Shown in pieces: positions 7,725 through 17,591 of a stretch of 32,000 bases of DNA. The translations under genes were made by a program, and so were the position numbers. Where the stretch lies: the NCBI RefSeq assembly GCF_000223395.1, contig NC_015931.1:1440001-1472000 (forward strand), written 5' to 3'. Numbering within the stretch: the first letter of the stretch is position 1; each line of letters begins with the position of its first letter. The stretch comes from Pyrolobus fumarii 1A. Lineage in GTDB: Archaea > Thermoproteota > Thermoprotei_A > Sulfolobales > Pyrodictiaceae. The notes beneath the pieces are model-generated. The model saw only the letters and a list, made by a program, of their open reading frames with translations. It ran no database searches and was not told where the DNA came from.

Positions 7725-9034
7725 TATACATGCTGGCAAGCGTTAAACTAGCAATAGCAGCTCAACATAGCTATGACTTATACCTCCAAACCACAGTGCG
7801 AGTCACAATCCCCGACAATGCGAGTATATATTGCATCATGCCGGTAGGTGAGGATAAGCTGCTTGTAGCAGGTTATGTGGGTTCACCGCCAAGAGCTTAT
7901 GCTGGAATAGTGGATCTTCGTGGTGGCAGTATTGAACCGATTCCTGTGCCGGGATTGGAAGATAGCATAAGGAGTGAGATAACGGGGTGTACACCAAGCA
8001 GCGAAGGTATACTACTCTATGGTTACGTGCAACTTGCTAATGGTACGCCTATAGCGACTATATGGCTATACCGTGACGGTGCCCTCGTAGCTCGCAGACT
8101 CAACAAGGTAGTTATGATACCATATTCGATGAAGGTTTATGGCAACGTAGTGTATCTCACGGGCTTCATAGGGAATTGTGAGGCGCGGGGAGCTTTAGCA
8201 ATAATATATGCATTGAAGGGGCCATTAACCAGCATACTAGCGGGTAACGTAAGCGGGTACGTCTTTGCACCAGGATATAAGTTTGTACAGGACAGAATCT
8301 ATCAACAGCTTGGTGGCAAGTTATACACGTGCGCCTACTTCACATCAGTCTACCAGCTAGTGACTGGCGACATCCTAGTACTAGGCTACGCCGATAACAT
8401 GACCGGAGCGATAACGGGATTCACGATTAAAAGTGACCCACTCCTTCAGATACAGGAGAAGAGATTCACACCAATACCGCTGGCACCCGTGATACTCGAC
8501 GAGACTGATTATATTGGTGTAGTTATGGGTGTCACACTGACGCCGCCGGTACAACCGGCAGTGTTAATCATAACACGCGACGGTAGAACAACATTGACTA
8601 GGATAAACACTCCTGGCTTGAAAGACGTTAATTTTGCAGCAATTGATTGCATGGGCGATGTTTGTATCGTTGGAGGTAGCGGCGAATCAAATAACAAGCA
8701 AATAGGCATCCTGGCAATCGTACAATTGAATAACACCAACGTGGAGTATGTGCATATGCTTCGATGGGCGAACACAACGCGTGTAACGAGTGTCGTGGTG
8801 ACACCGGAAGGCAGCGTTTACGTAGCAGGATTAAAGCCTGAAAATGGCGGTACTCAGGTGGTTATAGCAAAGCTCGTACTAGCAGAGAGGGGCAGCGTGA
8901 ATCGCACTATGGAAACCGCTGAAGAGAGTGGTAGTGGTAATGGTACACTGGTTGTATTGGCGGGGGTGTCTAGCTCAATAGTAACTCTGTCGCTTCTAGC
9001 CGTGATATTAGCGAGGAAGAGGCAGAGGCGCTAG
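7697..9034 (+). CDS. Secreted, C-terminally membrane-anchored beta-propeller-like surface glycoprotein
   Basis: Signal-peptide-like start MSILFATVLVYMLASVKLAIAAQ at the in-frame ATG 7697. Six blade-like repeats: LLVAGYVGS, ILLYGYVQL, VVYLTGFIG, ILVLGYADN, VCIVGGSGE, VYVAGLKPE (SBBP-like). Eight N-x-S/T sequons. C-terminal TM helix followed by ARKRQRR. Confidence 0.6.
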   Translation: MSILFATVLVYMLASVKLAIAAQHSYDLYLQTTVRVTIPDNASIYCIMPVGEDKLLVAGYVGSPPRAYAGIVDLRGGSIEPIPVPGLEDSIRSEITGCTPSSEGILLYGYVQLANGTPIATIWLYRDGALVARRLNKVVMIPYSMKVYGNVVYLTGFIGNCEARGALAIIYALKGPLTSILAGNVSGYVFAPGYKFVQDRIYQQLGGKLYTCAYFTSVYQLVTGDILVLGYADNMTGAITGFTIKSDPLLQIQEKRFTPIPLAPVILDETDYIGVVMGVTLTPPVQPAVLIITRDGRTTLTRINTPGLKDVNFAAIDCMGDVCIVGGSGESNNKQIGILAIVQLNNTNVEYVHMLRWANTTRVTSVVVTPEGSVYVAGLKPENGGTQVVIAKLVLAERGSVNRTMETAEESGSGNGTLVVLAGVSSSIVTLSLLAVILARKRQRR

Positions 9035-11757
9035 GCTAAAGGAGTAACTATCTTGACGCGGCTCTCGCCCGATGAGCTTTTATCAACTTCAATCACTTGG
9101 TCGGCTGCATCCTCGATTTCGCGATCATGCGTGACTATGATGAGTTGTGGTAGTATCTTACCACCGCCGTGCCAGCCATACCTCAGTATGTTGACTAGTT
9201 CGCGTTTACGATGTTCATCGAGGTACATTGTCGGCTCGTCTAGTATCAGTGTATTGACTCTGCCGCGGCCTGCCAGTACCCTGGCAAATGCGATGCGGAA
9301 GGCAAGTGCCAATGCGGTCTTCTCGCCACCGCTCAGCATGCGGAAGTTCTTCTCGCCATAACGCGTTACCAGTATAACATCGTAGTCATCAGTTATCTTG
9401 ACGTCCACAAACTCGATATTGAATCTGGCTAGAATTTCTCTAACATGCCTCTCTATCATGCTCCGTGCAAGTATCCTGATAAGTCGTGGTAGACCCTGTG
9501 GGCTAAGTGCGTTCTTTACGCGTTCAAGGTCACGCACGAATCTTGATATCTTCTCATACTCGGCGCGTCGTTTCTCAATCTCTTTTTCATATTCTTCATG
9601 TTGCTTCTCTAACCTCTTGTACTCCTTCAGTTTTTGCTCGGCGGCTCCGATCTCCTGGTTTAACCGCATGATGTAATCCTCTAATTCACGCTCTGCTTTG
9701 CGAAGCTCCTCAAGCCTAGCTTTCAACGACTCTAATGGCTGAATATCTTGTTCGAGCTTAGCTATCTCTTCTCGAAGAACGTTTATCCGTGTATCATACT
9801 GTTCGAGTAGAGCGCGTAACTGGTCTCGCTCGTTCCTTAGCTTTTCAAGCATCCGGATTTTCTCTTCTATGGCAGAGACGGTATCTTCATCAATCTCTAT
9901 GAGTTTGTCAAGACTGACTCCAAGTCTATCGGATATATCCTCGAGCCTCTCGTACAACGATAGAGCTTGTGCTTCAAGTTCCTCGTACTCTTCGCGGAGG
10001 ACACTTAGTGTCTCTAACTTGCCTTCCAATGCTTGTAGGCGCGCTCTCTTCTCCTCAAGTATACGGTACTTCTCCATAACTTCTCGCAATCTCATCAACT
10101 CGAGATTAGACTCTTTCAATTGCTCTTCTATGTCGCGTAGCTCCTTCTCTACGCGGCTAAGCTCGCCCTTCAGCTGCTCATAGTAACCCATCAGCATAGC
10201 TAGTCTGCTCTTGTATTCGCTGTACTCTCTCAGCATCTTCTCTAGCTTTTCCACTTCAACTCTCAGCTTGGCGAGTTCAGAGCGTATTCTCTCCAGCTTT
10301 TCTCTAAGCGCCTCCTTCTCGAATCGCAGCTTACGTATGAGGTCACGTCTTTCCTCGTCTCGTAAAGGCCTACTGCAGAGTGGGCACCGACCGTGTGCGG
10401 ATGCAAGCTTCACAATATTCTCCTCTATATCGTGTATCTTTGACTCGATATTGCCTCTCTCACGAGTTAATGAATCGATACGAGCCCGCATAGAATCAAT
10501 ACGTGACTTCAGTTGCTCCTCCATACTGGCCAGCCTGGATACGACTTCACCGATATCGATAACTACGCCAGCTCTTATGTTGAGGAGTTTGCGTGCCATA
10601 GCTGCTATGTTCTGTTCGATGTCTCGCAGTTTTTGTTGCAGGTCTTCTCTGTGTTTTCGTAGATTCTGTAACCTCTCGCGGAGAGAGCGTACTCTCTCCT
10701 CAAGGCTAACGGCCTTCTCGTACGCTTCACGCATCTTCTCATATTCTGATAACTCGCTCCTCAGTTCCTCGTACTCCTTGCGAATCTGCTCATACTCCTC
10801 GATTCGTCTCTTTAAAGACTCCATACGTTTCGCGATAGAGCGTAACTCGTTGGCGGTGTTAACAGCCTCTCGAAGGAGGTTTAGGTGTGCAGCGACACTC
10901 TCATACTCCGCCAGCTCTGCGATACTATCTTCGATAGTGGCGAGTCTCTCGAGCACATCTGCTTTTTCACTTTCAAGTCTTTTGAGTTCCTCCCTCTTAG
11001 ACTCGAGTATGTACGATTTTGCTTCCAGCTCTTTGACCTTATCTTCAATTCTTGACCTCTCGTTCTTAATCCTCTCAACTTCTCTCTTTGCTGCTTCTAG
11101 TTCACGCTGAAGCCTCTCAAATTCCTCTTCTACTCCTTTCAGCTCCTCCATACGCTCCTTAATGCGTTTCAGCTCGTTTTCGAGAAACTTTAGAACGTCC
11201 CTAGCTTGGCGCTCGCGTAACTGCCATTCACGTAGTACGAAGCGTATCTTTTCATATGCTTTCTCAATGGCATCGAGTCCTAGCAGTCTATTCACATACT
11301 CCTTGCGACGGCTACTCTCAATTATCTCTGCGAGTTCTCCCTGCTGAGCTATGAATGCAACCCTTGCAACCTCCTTACGTACGCCGAGGAGCTTCTCAAC
11401 CTCAGCTACTACACTCCTAACGTCACGTGCCAGTAGCCTCCTCGTGTTTCCCAGTTCTTCAACTAGGATAGCGCTTTGTGTTCTACCGCTAGCGTCTAAC
11501 TTACGTTCAACGAGAAACCTCTTGCCACCCACCTCGAACCATACACGAATAAGTGCATAGGAGGCGCCAAGTCTAACAAGGTGCTTATTGCTCTTGCCGC
11601 GGTTGTGAAAGTCGAAAAGCGCGAAGGTTATAGCATCGATTATGCTAGATTTGCCAGCACCATTAGGCCCAACTATAGCGACTATACCCGTATCGAACTC
11701 GAGTCTAGTATGACGGTGGCTAAGGAAGTTTATCAGTTCGACACCCCGGATTATCAT
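9031..11757 (-). CDS. rad50: DNA double-strand break repair ATPase Rad50
   Basis: Walker A GPNGAGKSS, long E/K/L-rich coiled coil, central zinc hook CPLC (about nt 10372-10392), signature LSGGEK, Walker B LILDEPT, H-loop VTHD. ATGA overlap with the mre11 stop. Confidence 0.95.
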   Translation of the reverse strand: MIIRGVELINFLSHRHTRLEFDTGIVAIVGPNGAGKSSIIDAITFALFDFHNRGKSNKHLVRLGASYALIRVWFEVGGKRFLVERKLDASGRTQSAILVEELGNTRRLLARDVRSVVAEVEKLLGVRKEVARVAFIAQQGELAEIIESSRRKEYVNRLLGLDAIEKAYEKIRFVLREWQLRERQARDVLKFLENELKRIKERMEELKGVEEEFERLQRELEAAKREVERIKNERSRIEDKVKELEAKSYILESKREELKRLESEKADVLERLATIEDSIAELAEYESVAAHLNLLREAVNTANELRSIAKRMESLKRRIEEYEQIRKEYEELRSELSEYEKMREAYEKAVSLEERVRSLRERLQNLRKHREDLQQKLRDIEQNIAAMARKLLNIRAGVVIDIGEVVSRLASMEEQLKSRIDSMRARIDSLTRERGNIESKIHDIEENIVKLASAHGRCPLCSRPLRDEERRDLIRKLRFEKEALREKLERIRSELAKLRVEVEKLEKMLREYSEYKSRLAMLMGYYEQLKGELSRVEKELRDIEEQLKESNLELMRLREVMEKYRILEEKRARLQALEGKLETLSVLREEYEELEAQALSLYERLEDISDRLGVSLDKLIEIDEDTVSAIEEKIRMLEKLRNERDQLRALLEQYDTRINVLREEIAKLEQDIQPLESLKARLEELRKAERELEDYIMRLNQEIGAAEQKLKEYKRLEKQHEEYEKEIEKRRAEYEKISRFVRDLERVKNALSPQGLPRLIRILARSMIERHVREILARFNIEFVDVKITDDYDVILVTRYGEKNFRMLSGGEKTALALAFRIAFARVLAGRGRVNTLILDEPTMYLDEHRKRELVNILRYGWHGGGKILPQLIIVTHDREIEDAADQVIEVDKSSSGESRVKIVTPLA

Positions 11758-12917
11758 TGGGTTCCACCTCCATACCTCTTCTTGAAGAACTCTTCAACAA
11801 CAAGGCGTATCTCATAGTCGCGTGCTCCTGCTGCAACCTTCTCTATAATATCATCGGCTAGCTTGGCTAATTCGCGGTCGCCAAGCAGTTTTACCAGTAG
11901 CTCGAACCTGTCTAGTCTCGCGTCTGGCTCAACTCTAACACCACTAGTCTCATCAACAATTTCATCTATGAGGAGGTGAGTGTATAGCGTCTTATCACCC
12001 AGCAACATCTGCACTAGCCTGTATACCCTCTGCCTATCGATCTTCCTTCCACGTATAACGAGGTGTAGCAACGGCTTCTTCTGATAACCGGACAAGGTTG
12101 ATGCTATTCTACGCAACTCCTCCTCCAGGGATTCATAGTCAATTAGATACAGGGGTTGAGGACGTAGGTTATCAAGCTTAACCTGGTATGTGTAGGCGCT
12201 TCTTGAATCAACCTCAGCTATTACGAATCCATGTTCATACTCGGCCTCATCCAGTCGAAGCGCGTCGAGCGAGCCAGGATAAGCGCCTATGGTTTCACCT
12301 ACACGGAGAGTACTTGGCCTATGAATGTGTCCTAATGCATAGTAGCTATAGCCCCTTGGCAGCTCGTCTACCGCTATCTCGGGTTCGGGCGAGTACCCCT
12401 CAAGGCCCTGGTGGAGCACGAGTATCTTAGGGCCGTTAAAGTCGGGGTTAGCTAGACTTGCCAGCCGCAGACGGAGCTTGTCAACAGCAGTCTTCCTGTG
12501 GTGCGGCAAGCCTGCAACAAGAACTTCGCTTCCATTGCGCACCCGTAAGGATATCATAGCATCATTGGAGACGCCCAATACTTTCACAAGCCCAACTTCT
12601 TCTAACACGGAGAGTGGGTGTTCGCCCCTCCTCTTTGGTATATCGTGGTCGCCCAGCACAGCGACAATTGGTATACCGGCTTCACGCAGCCTCCTCAACT
12701 CGCGAATAGCAACACGTATAGCCTGTGGTGGGGGTTTCGAGGTGTCGAAAAAGTCGCCAGCGTGAACTACGATATCCACTCTCTCCTCTATGATCTTCGA
12801 GATTGCCTCGCTAAACGCCTCATAGATGTCAAGCTCGCGTTCATATATGCTGTACTGGCGGTACCCTAGGTGCGTATCGGCAAGATGAGCTACAATGACA
12901 CTCTGCAAGCTACTCAC
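11754..12917 (-). CDS. mre11: DNA double-strand break repair nuclease Mre11
   Basis: Phosphoesterase motifs DTHLG, HAGDFFD, LGDHD, LHQG, LGHIH. The GTG at 12917 forms a GTGA overlap with the herA stop, so it is preferred over the tracked start at 12998. Confidence 0.9.
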   Translation of the reverse strand: MSSLQSVIVAHLADTHLGYRQYSIYERELDIYEAFSEAISKIIEERVDIVVHAGDFFDTSKPPPQAIRVAIRELRRLREAGIPIVAVLGDHDIPKRRGEHPLSVLEEVGLVKVLGVSNDAMISLRVRNGSEVLVAGLPHHRKTAVDKLRLRLASLANPDFNGPKILVLHQGLEGYSPEPEIAVDELPRGYSYYALGHIHRPSTLRVGETIGAYPGSLDALRLDEAEYEHGFVIAEVDSRSAYTYQVKLDNLRPQPLYLIDYESLEEELRRIASTLSGYQKKPLLHLVIRGRKIDRQRVYRLVQMLLGDKTLYTHLLIDEIVDETSGVRVEPDARLDRFELLVKLLGDRELAKLADDIIEKVAAGARDYEIRLVVEEFFKKRYGGGTQ

Positions 12918-14425
12918 CTCTTCATCGTAAGCTCCTCTATAAGATCCAAGACCGGGTCCTGACTGTGCTCCTGGTGCATTTCTCTGGCAGTAAGCCACTC
13001 TCCAACCACGTCAGGATCGGTGCCACCCTTCCTACCCTCATAGAGGTCTATGCGTACAAGAGTCGGCATCCTAACCATTGGGCCTAGCACTATAGCCTCG
13101 CCGGTATTGAGGCTCGGCAGTTGCTCCAGGAGGTCGTCGCTAAGAGTCTCGGTTGCCATCTGGACGTATCTCTGGTCGCTGGGCTCGACTATCCGGAGGA
13201 TTATCTTGTTGTTAGCTTGGCTTAGTATATCCGGATCGAGGTTCTTTGGTCTCTGGCTAACAAGGCAGAGGCCGACTCCGAACTTTCTACCCTCTCTCGC
13301 TATCCTGGCCAACCAGTACTTAGATAGAGTGTCCTCATCCTTAGGCGCTAGTATGTGAGCCTCTTCGACGACAATGAATATCGGATATGGTAGGCCGTTC
13401 CCCGTGACGCGGTGCGCCTTTCTAGCCTGGAGTATCCGTCGCAGCATATGGCTGGCTATAACGTCGGCTGCGTCCTCGTCTACCCTGCTAAGGTCTAGGA
13501 CGTTAGCGAAACCCGGCCTAAGCCTAGACAGCATATCGCCGGCTTCCTCATCGAGAATGTCGCGATACCTCTCTATGAGACCCTCTATCTTGTTGAGGAC
13601 AGCTGCGAGTGCCTTAGGCTCTTCTTTGCCTCTTAGTTGCTCGACAGCCCTGCGAAGTGCATCCAAGAAAGCCTCGTTAGACTCACGTGCTCTCGCGTAC
13701 GCCTTGCGGAGGATGCGCTCCTGGTGATAATACCTAGACTCTATCCCCAAGAGTATCATGAGCTCGGCTATGTTGAGGTGGCGTGGATTCAACCTAGGCT
13801 CTATGACGTTGACTCGCCCACCTCCAATATCACTCTCGACATATTCACCGTGGAAGTCTAGTATGAGTACTGTACCGCCCATGCGCACTATACGATCAGT
13901 TATCACGGCGACAGTGTTACTCTTGCCGGCGCCCGTCACAGCCAGTATAGCAAGGTGTCTAGTAACCATCTTGTTAACATCCACATAGACGGGCACGTCG
14001 GGTCGTGCCGCGAGAACGCCGAGACGTATGTATCCTCTGCTGCCAGGTCCGAATATCCTCTCTAGTAGCTCGCGTGGCGCGGGGTAAACTGGGGCGCCAG
14101 GAGGCGGAGGTATCCTGGGATTCCTAAACTCCGGGTCATTAACATCGCCGACTATCCTTACTCTCGCTTCGAAGAAAGTATCGCCGTTAAGTCTTAGCTC
14201 GTTTAGGCGTTGAATAAAGCTAGGCTCCTTAACAGAGTGTGTAGTGGCAAGCATCACACTCTTTGCTCCAATGTTCTCAACGAACCCCAGCAGTTCTATC
14301 CCGGTAGACCGTATGACAACATAATCTCCGAGCTTTGGGGGCTCCGAGGAGACAAATGTAGCCCTCACTGGGGTTGCGCCATCGAGCACATAGCCAAGGG
14401 GTCGCTCCTCCACAGCACCCTCCAT
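12914..14425 (-). CDS. herA: HerA hexameric DNA translocase/helicase
   Basis: N-terminal HAS-barrel-like region, Walker A AVTGAGKSN (about nt 13921-13943), Walker B IFIVVEEAH, C-terminal SQRP..L block. Operon position is upstream of mre11-rad50. Confidence 0.9.
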   Translation of the reverse strand: MEGAVEERPLGYVLDGATPVRATFVSSEPPKLGDYVVIRSTGIELLGFVENIGAKSVMLATTHSVKEPSFIQRLNELRLNGDTFFEARVRIVGDVNDPEFRNPRIPPPPGAPVYPAPRELLERIFGPGSRGYIRLGVLAARPDVPVYVDVNKMVTRHLAILAVTGAGKSNTVAVITDRIVRMGGTVLILDFHGEYVESDIGGGRVNVIEPRLNPRHLNIAELMILLGIESRYYHQERILRKAYARARESNEAFLDALRRAVEQLRGKEEPKALAAVLNKIEGLIERYRDILDEEAGDMLSRLRPGFANVLDLSRVDEDAADVIASHMLRRILQARKAHRVTGNGLPYPIFIVVEEAHILAPKDEDTLSKYWLARIAREGRKFGVGLCLVSQRPKNLDPDILSQANNKIILRIVEPSDQRYVQMATETLSDDLLEQLPSLNTGEAIVLGPMVRMPTLVRIDLYEGRKGGTDPDVVGEWLTAREMHQEHSQDPVLDLIEELTMKR

Positions 14426-14484
14426 GCTCTATAGTCAGCCTCCCCGCTACACCCAGCAAGTACTGTTACGAGCCGGTAATCCCG

Positions 14485-14490
14485 TTTAAA
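14485..14490 (-). promoter_or_regulatory. Candidate TATA box (TTTAAA) for the herA-mre11-rad50 operon
   Basis: It lies about 60 nt upstream of the herA ATG. A GGGGAGGCTGA SD-like element sits between it and the start. Confidence 0.35.
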
Positions 14491-14498
14491 GATGGATA

Positions 14499-15023
14499 CT
14501 AGCTCTGCGCGGAAGCCTTGCTGTAGATACTACTTGGAGGTGCTATCATAACAGCCGCGTATACAAGGTCGCTCTGGAGTCTGACAACCTTCACAAGTAT
14601 GAGGAAGTCCGGGTTTTTAAGCCTTACTGGCCTATCCACAATATCCCCTATCTCTCGTTGCGCCTCCAGTCTTCCAACTTCGCCGCCGCTACGCCTCATC
14701 AGTCTGCCTTCAACCTTCACGGCGAAATACGCGTCCTGTGGTATGCGTCTAGGATAAAGCCTCTTCACCACCTCGAGCACATCCTCTATATATGGGCTTG
14801 TCACCTCATCAACCGGAATGACGCGCAGTATCGGCGAGTCTGGCGGTAGTTTGTGTTTAAGGGTCTCCACGGCAGCGTATGGGTCTGGAACCTTCGCCAA
14901 AATAATGGATTGTCTAGTATAGTATACACGTAGTCCAGGTATATACGCCTGGAGGTATCTAAGGGCTTCCATGTATCCACTCCTGCCGGGCGTATGCGCC
15001 ACTATCAAGTTGAACAATTTCAC
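14499..15023 (-). CDS. Stand-alone THUMP-domain RNA-binding protein
   Basis: THUMP-like block YFAVKVEGRL...GEVGRLEAQREIGDIV...VRLKNPDFLILVKVV. 174 aa with no attached catalytic domain. Confidence 0.55.
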   Translation of the reverse strand: MKLFNLIVAHTPGRSGYMEALRYLQAYIPGLRVYYTRQSIILAKVPDPYAAVETLKHKLPPDSPILRVIPVDEVTSPYIEDVLEVVKRLYPRRIPQDAYFAVKVEGRLMRRSGGEVGRLEAQREIGDIVDRPVRLKNPDFLILVKVVRLQSDLVYAAVMIAPPSSIYSKASAQS

Positions 15024-15118
15024 AATTCACGACCTCCAAATGGCCCTAGCGCGTTTCACTGGTGCATAACCTATTCTCTCAGCTTTGCATACATGGATGT
15101 ATCCCCTAGGAGAGTGGC

Positions 15119-15577
15119 GTGAGCAGAACGGTATACACGCTAGGGACTTCAAGACGAAGTCTTGCCGAACTCCTCTCGATACTAAGGAGGCTCGAAGCCG
15201 ACGCAGTAGTAGACCTTAGGCGCTTCCCGCGTAGCAGGCGGTACCCCTGGTTCAACAAGGAGGTGTTGATTAGAGTGTTGTATGAGCGTGGTATACGCTA
15301 CTATTGGCTCGGGTGGCTGCTAGGCGGTAAAACAGTGGGAGATTACACAAAGTACATGTGTACTCGCGAGTATAAAGCGGGTATCAAGCTGCTTCTAGAG
15401 ATACTAGATGTTTCAAAGAATCCCGTTCTGCTATGCGCTGAGATGGAGTGGTGGAGGTGTCATAGGAGATTCGTAGCAGAGAGCCTGCATCGGCGCGGTT
15501 ACCGTGTGGTACACGTACTGTCCCATGGATTTACTGAAGAGCATGTCGGTATAGAAGAGAGTGTTGAGTGCTACTAG
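15119..15577 (+). CDS. DUF488 family protein
   Basis: VYTLGTSRRSL.EL...L......VVDLRRFPRSRRYPWFNK near the start and LLCAEMEWWRCHRRFVAE near the end match the DUF488 pattern (TiGhs..., DvR..P.Sr, CaE....CHR). Confidence 0.7.
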   Translation: MSRTVYTLGTSRRSLAELLSILRRLEADAVVDLRRFPRSRRYPWFNKEVLIRVLYERGIRYYWLGWLLGGKTVGDYTKYMCTREYKAGIKLLLEILDVSKNPVLLCAEMEWWRCHRRFVAESLHRRGYRVVHVLSHGFTEEHVGIEESVECY

Positions 15578-15582
15578 CTTGG

Positions 15583-17556
15583 CTAGATGTTGCGTAGTAT
15601 CGACTCGTCGTATTTGACTGGGTAGGCTGTACCATAGCCTACGAAGATTACCTTATCCGGCGATAGTGCTTTGATGACCTCGGCGCGGTTTGTAGCCACC
15701 ACTAGTGTGATACCCGCGTTGCGCGCTAGTTGTGCTAGCTTCCTAGCTACACGCTGTGCAGTCAACGCGTCAAGGTGTGCAGCGAACTCATCTATCACAA
15801 GGAGGTTGGGTTTTGATGCCAGCAGGCTGGCAAGCTTGGCACGCTCCTTCTGACCTGTTGACAGCTCGGCGAATCTAGCTCGATAAAATATGGCGTCCGA
15901 GAGGCCAACGGCGTTTAAGATCTCGACGGCGAGGGCGGGATCGCCAGTCTTCCTAGTTATGTGCTCGAGTAGCGTCTCGTTGCCGAATTCTGGTTCATGC
16001 TCGCCGGGCAGTAGGTACTCTATTCTCGTGTTGCTCGGTACCTCGACTTTACCCTCGTTAGGCTTGTAATCGGGGTGGTCTATGCCCGCGGCGGCCCCAA
16101 TTATCATTCGTAGTAGTGTTGTCTTCCCGGCGCCAGATGCGCCTATGACTACAACGACCTCTCCAGGGTTTATCTCGATGTTGACGTCGCGTAGCACGTG
16201 TCTCTCTACTACGCGTCTTTCAACGCCAAAGGCTTTCAGTATCTCTTGCAGTTCTGGCGGCAGGCGAGACAAGTCTAGCTCACTACGGTAAAGTTTAGTC
16301 ACTTTAACCAGTCTAACTGGCGCTTCTAGCGGCTCAACACGGCCATACCTGGGCCTATAGAGTCTACCTCCATGTCTCCTTGCGTAAGGATCAGTACGTA
16401 GGAACCATTCTATTCTCTTTCTAGCCTCGTCGCTTAGAGGGTACATCAGCACAGGTCTGCCACTAGCAGTGTCCCACATATAGACGAAGCCAGCCTTCTC
16501 GAAGAAGGGATTGTAGCGCGCCATCTGTGCTATCGTTTCGACCACGTGCTTTCTCCGTTTCATTTCTGGTACGCGCCTCTCTCGCACCCACTCTAGAGCC
16601 ATCTTTACGGCCAGCACACCTAGCCCGTCGCCACGATAGTCTGGATGTACCACTACACGCGCTATTCTTGCAGCAGCTGTGTTAGCCCTCTTCAACGCCT
16701 CTTCAGCTATCTCCTCGCCTACCGCGGCTCGCGCAAGCCTCTTTGACTTGTAGAATCCGAGTAGCTCGCGATACCTTGCAATTATGGCTTGCCTCTTTGA
16801 ATAAGCTAATGGCCAGAAAGTCGGGTGGAACCAGTCCTTAGGGAACACCCTCTCTCGTATAAACTTCTCAACTTTAACAACGCCATTCTCGATTATGCGT
16901 CGATGCATGAGCGGGATGGGCGTGTCGATCCTCACGTATGCAACTATTCGTGGCTCGTAAGGCCGACGATTGACAAGCTCTAGAACTAGAAACCTAGAGC
17001 TGGGTAAGCTACCACGTATCTCTTGCAGTTTGGCGGGTACGCGGTCCTCGGGGCATATAGGCTGCACGTTACTCTCGAAGAACTTCCCGCAAACGGGGCA
17101 TCTCCAGATTGCGACTATCTCCTCCTTACTAGCGTAATGATACTGCTCTAGGCTCACAATTTCGCGGTAATCGCTCTCGGTTATGGCCTCTCTTGCGACT
17201 ACATGATACTCGTAGAGTGGTTCACCCCTAAGTGGGTCGTAACGGACAAGTCTAGCCGACTTGGACCACGGAGGCCATACTTTTACCCACTCACCATCCC
17301 ACCACCTATCGAGCTCGTAAGCGTCACGCGGTACGATATAGGCGCCATCTATCCTAGTAGGCTCCTCCAGAATGCGAACTCGTACCTTCTCGCCAGGCGA
17401 CAACCATCTAGCTACAGCGGCTGGCATCAAGAGGTGAATCTTTACGCCGTTATACTCTACTACAAGACCGCCAACCCAGCGGTAACCCACACGCGGCACG
17501 ATAGCGGAGACGACTCTCGCCTCAAATGGCACTAGGATAGGCAGGTCCTGGTGCAA
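15583..17556 (-). CDS. GNAT acetyltransferase-like domain (with inserted Zn-ribbon) fused to a single ABC-type ATPase domain (COG2401-like)
   Basis: Zn-ribbon CPVCGKFF...ICPEDR (about nt 17051-17105). GNAT motif A VVVHPDYRGDGLGVLAVKMAL (about 16621-16650). Walker A GASGAGKTT (about 16121-16147). ABC signature LSTGQKERA. Walker B LLVIDEFAAHLD. Confidence 0.75.
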   Translation of the reverse strand: MHQDLPILVPFEARVVSAIVPRVGYRWVGGLVVEYNGVKIHLLMPAAVARWLSPGEKVRVRILEEPTRIDGAYIVPRDAYELDRWWDGEWVKVWPPWSKSARLVRYDPLRGEPLYEYHVVAREAITESDYREIVSLEQYHYASKEEIVAIWRCPVCGKFFESNVQPICPEDRVPAKLQEIRGSLPSSRFLVLELVNRRPYEPRIVAYVRIDTPIPLMHRRIIENGVVKVEKFIRERVFPKDWFHPTFWPLAYSKRQAIIARYRELLGFYKSKRLARAAVGEEIAEEALKRANTAAARIARVVVHPDYRGDGLGVLAVKMALEWVRERRVPEMKRRKHVVETIAQMARYNPFFEKAGFVYMWDTASGRPVLMYPLSDEARKRIEWFLRTDPYARRHGGRLYRPRYGRVEPLEAPVRLVKVTKLYRSELDLSRLPPELQEILKAFGVERRVVERHVLRDVNIEINPGEVVVVIGASGAGKTTLLRMIIGAAAGIDHPDYKPNEGKVEVPSNTRIEYLLPGEHEPEFGNETLLEHITRKTGDPALAVEILNAVGLSDAIFYRARFAELSTGQKERAKLASLLASKPNLLVIDEFAAHLDALTAQRVARKLAQLARNAGITLVVATNRAEVIKALSPDKVIFVGYGTAYPVKYDESILRNI

Positions 17557-17591
17557 CCAGCGACCCCAATAGGGTTGACAGGACGGGTCAT

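Noticed and set aside
226-8775. Assorted 60-125-aa antisense ORFs inside apgM, ubiA, glnA, the DUF711-like gene and the propeller gene (for example 226..483, 1689..1946, 4153..4443, 5847..6194, 6414..6791, 8509..8775).
   Set aside because: Each lies wholly within a longer, motif-supported CDS on the opposite strand and has biased Ser/Arg/Leu/Thr-rich composition. These are shadow ORFs.
9031-9034. Convergent genes sharing palindromic stop tetranucleotides (CTAG at 9031-9034 and TTAA at 28818-28821).
   Set aside because: This is a neat but expected consequence of extreme genome compaction, and it needs no functional explanation.
10211-11110. A 299-aa plus-strand ORF, and several shorter ones between 9053 and 11560, antisense to rad50.
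   Set aside because: The composition is extremely Ser/Leu/Phe-rich and low-complexity. That is the expected mirror image of the GAG/AAG/CTC-rich coiled-coil codons of rad50. There is no start context or motif, so these are shadow ORFs.
12918-12998. A 27-codon N-terminal extension of mre11 that overlaps the herA 3' end.
   Set aside because: The GTG at 12917 gives the classic GTGA stop/start overlap and places DTHLG about 14 residues from the start, as in other Mre11 proteins.
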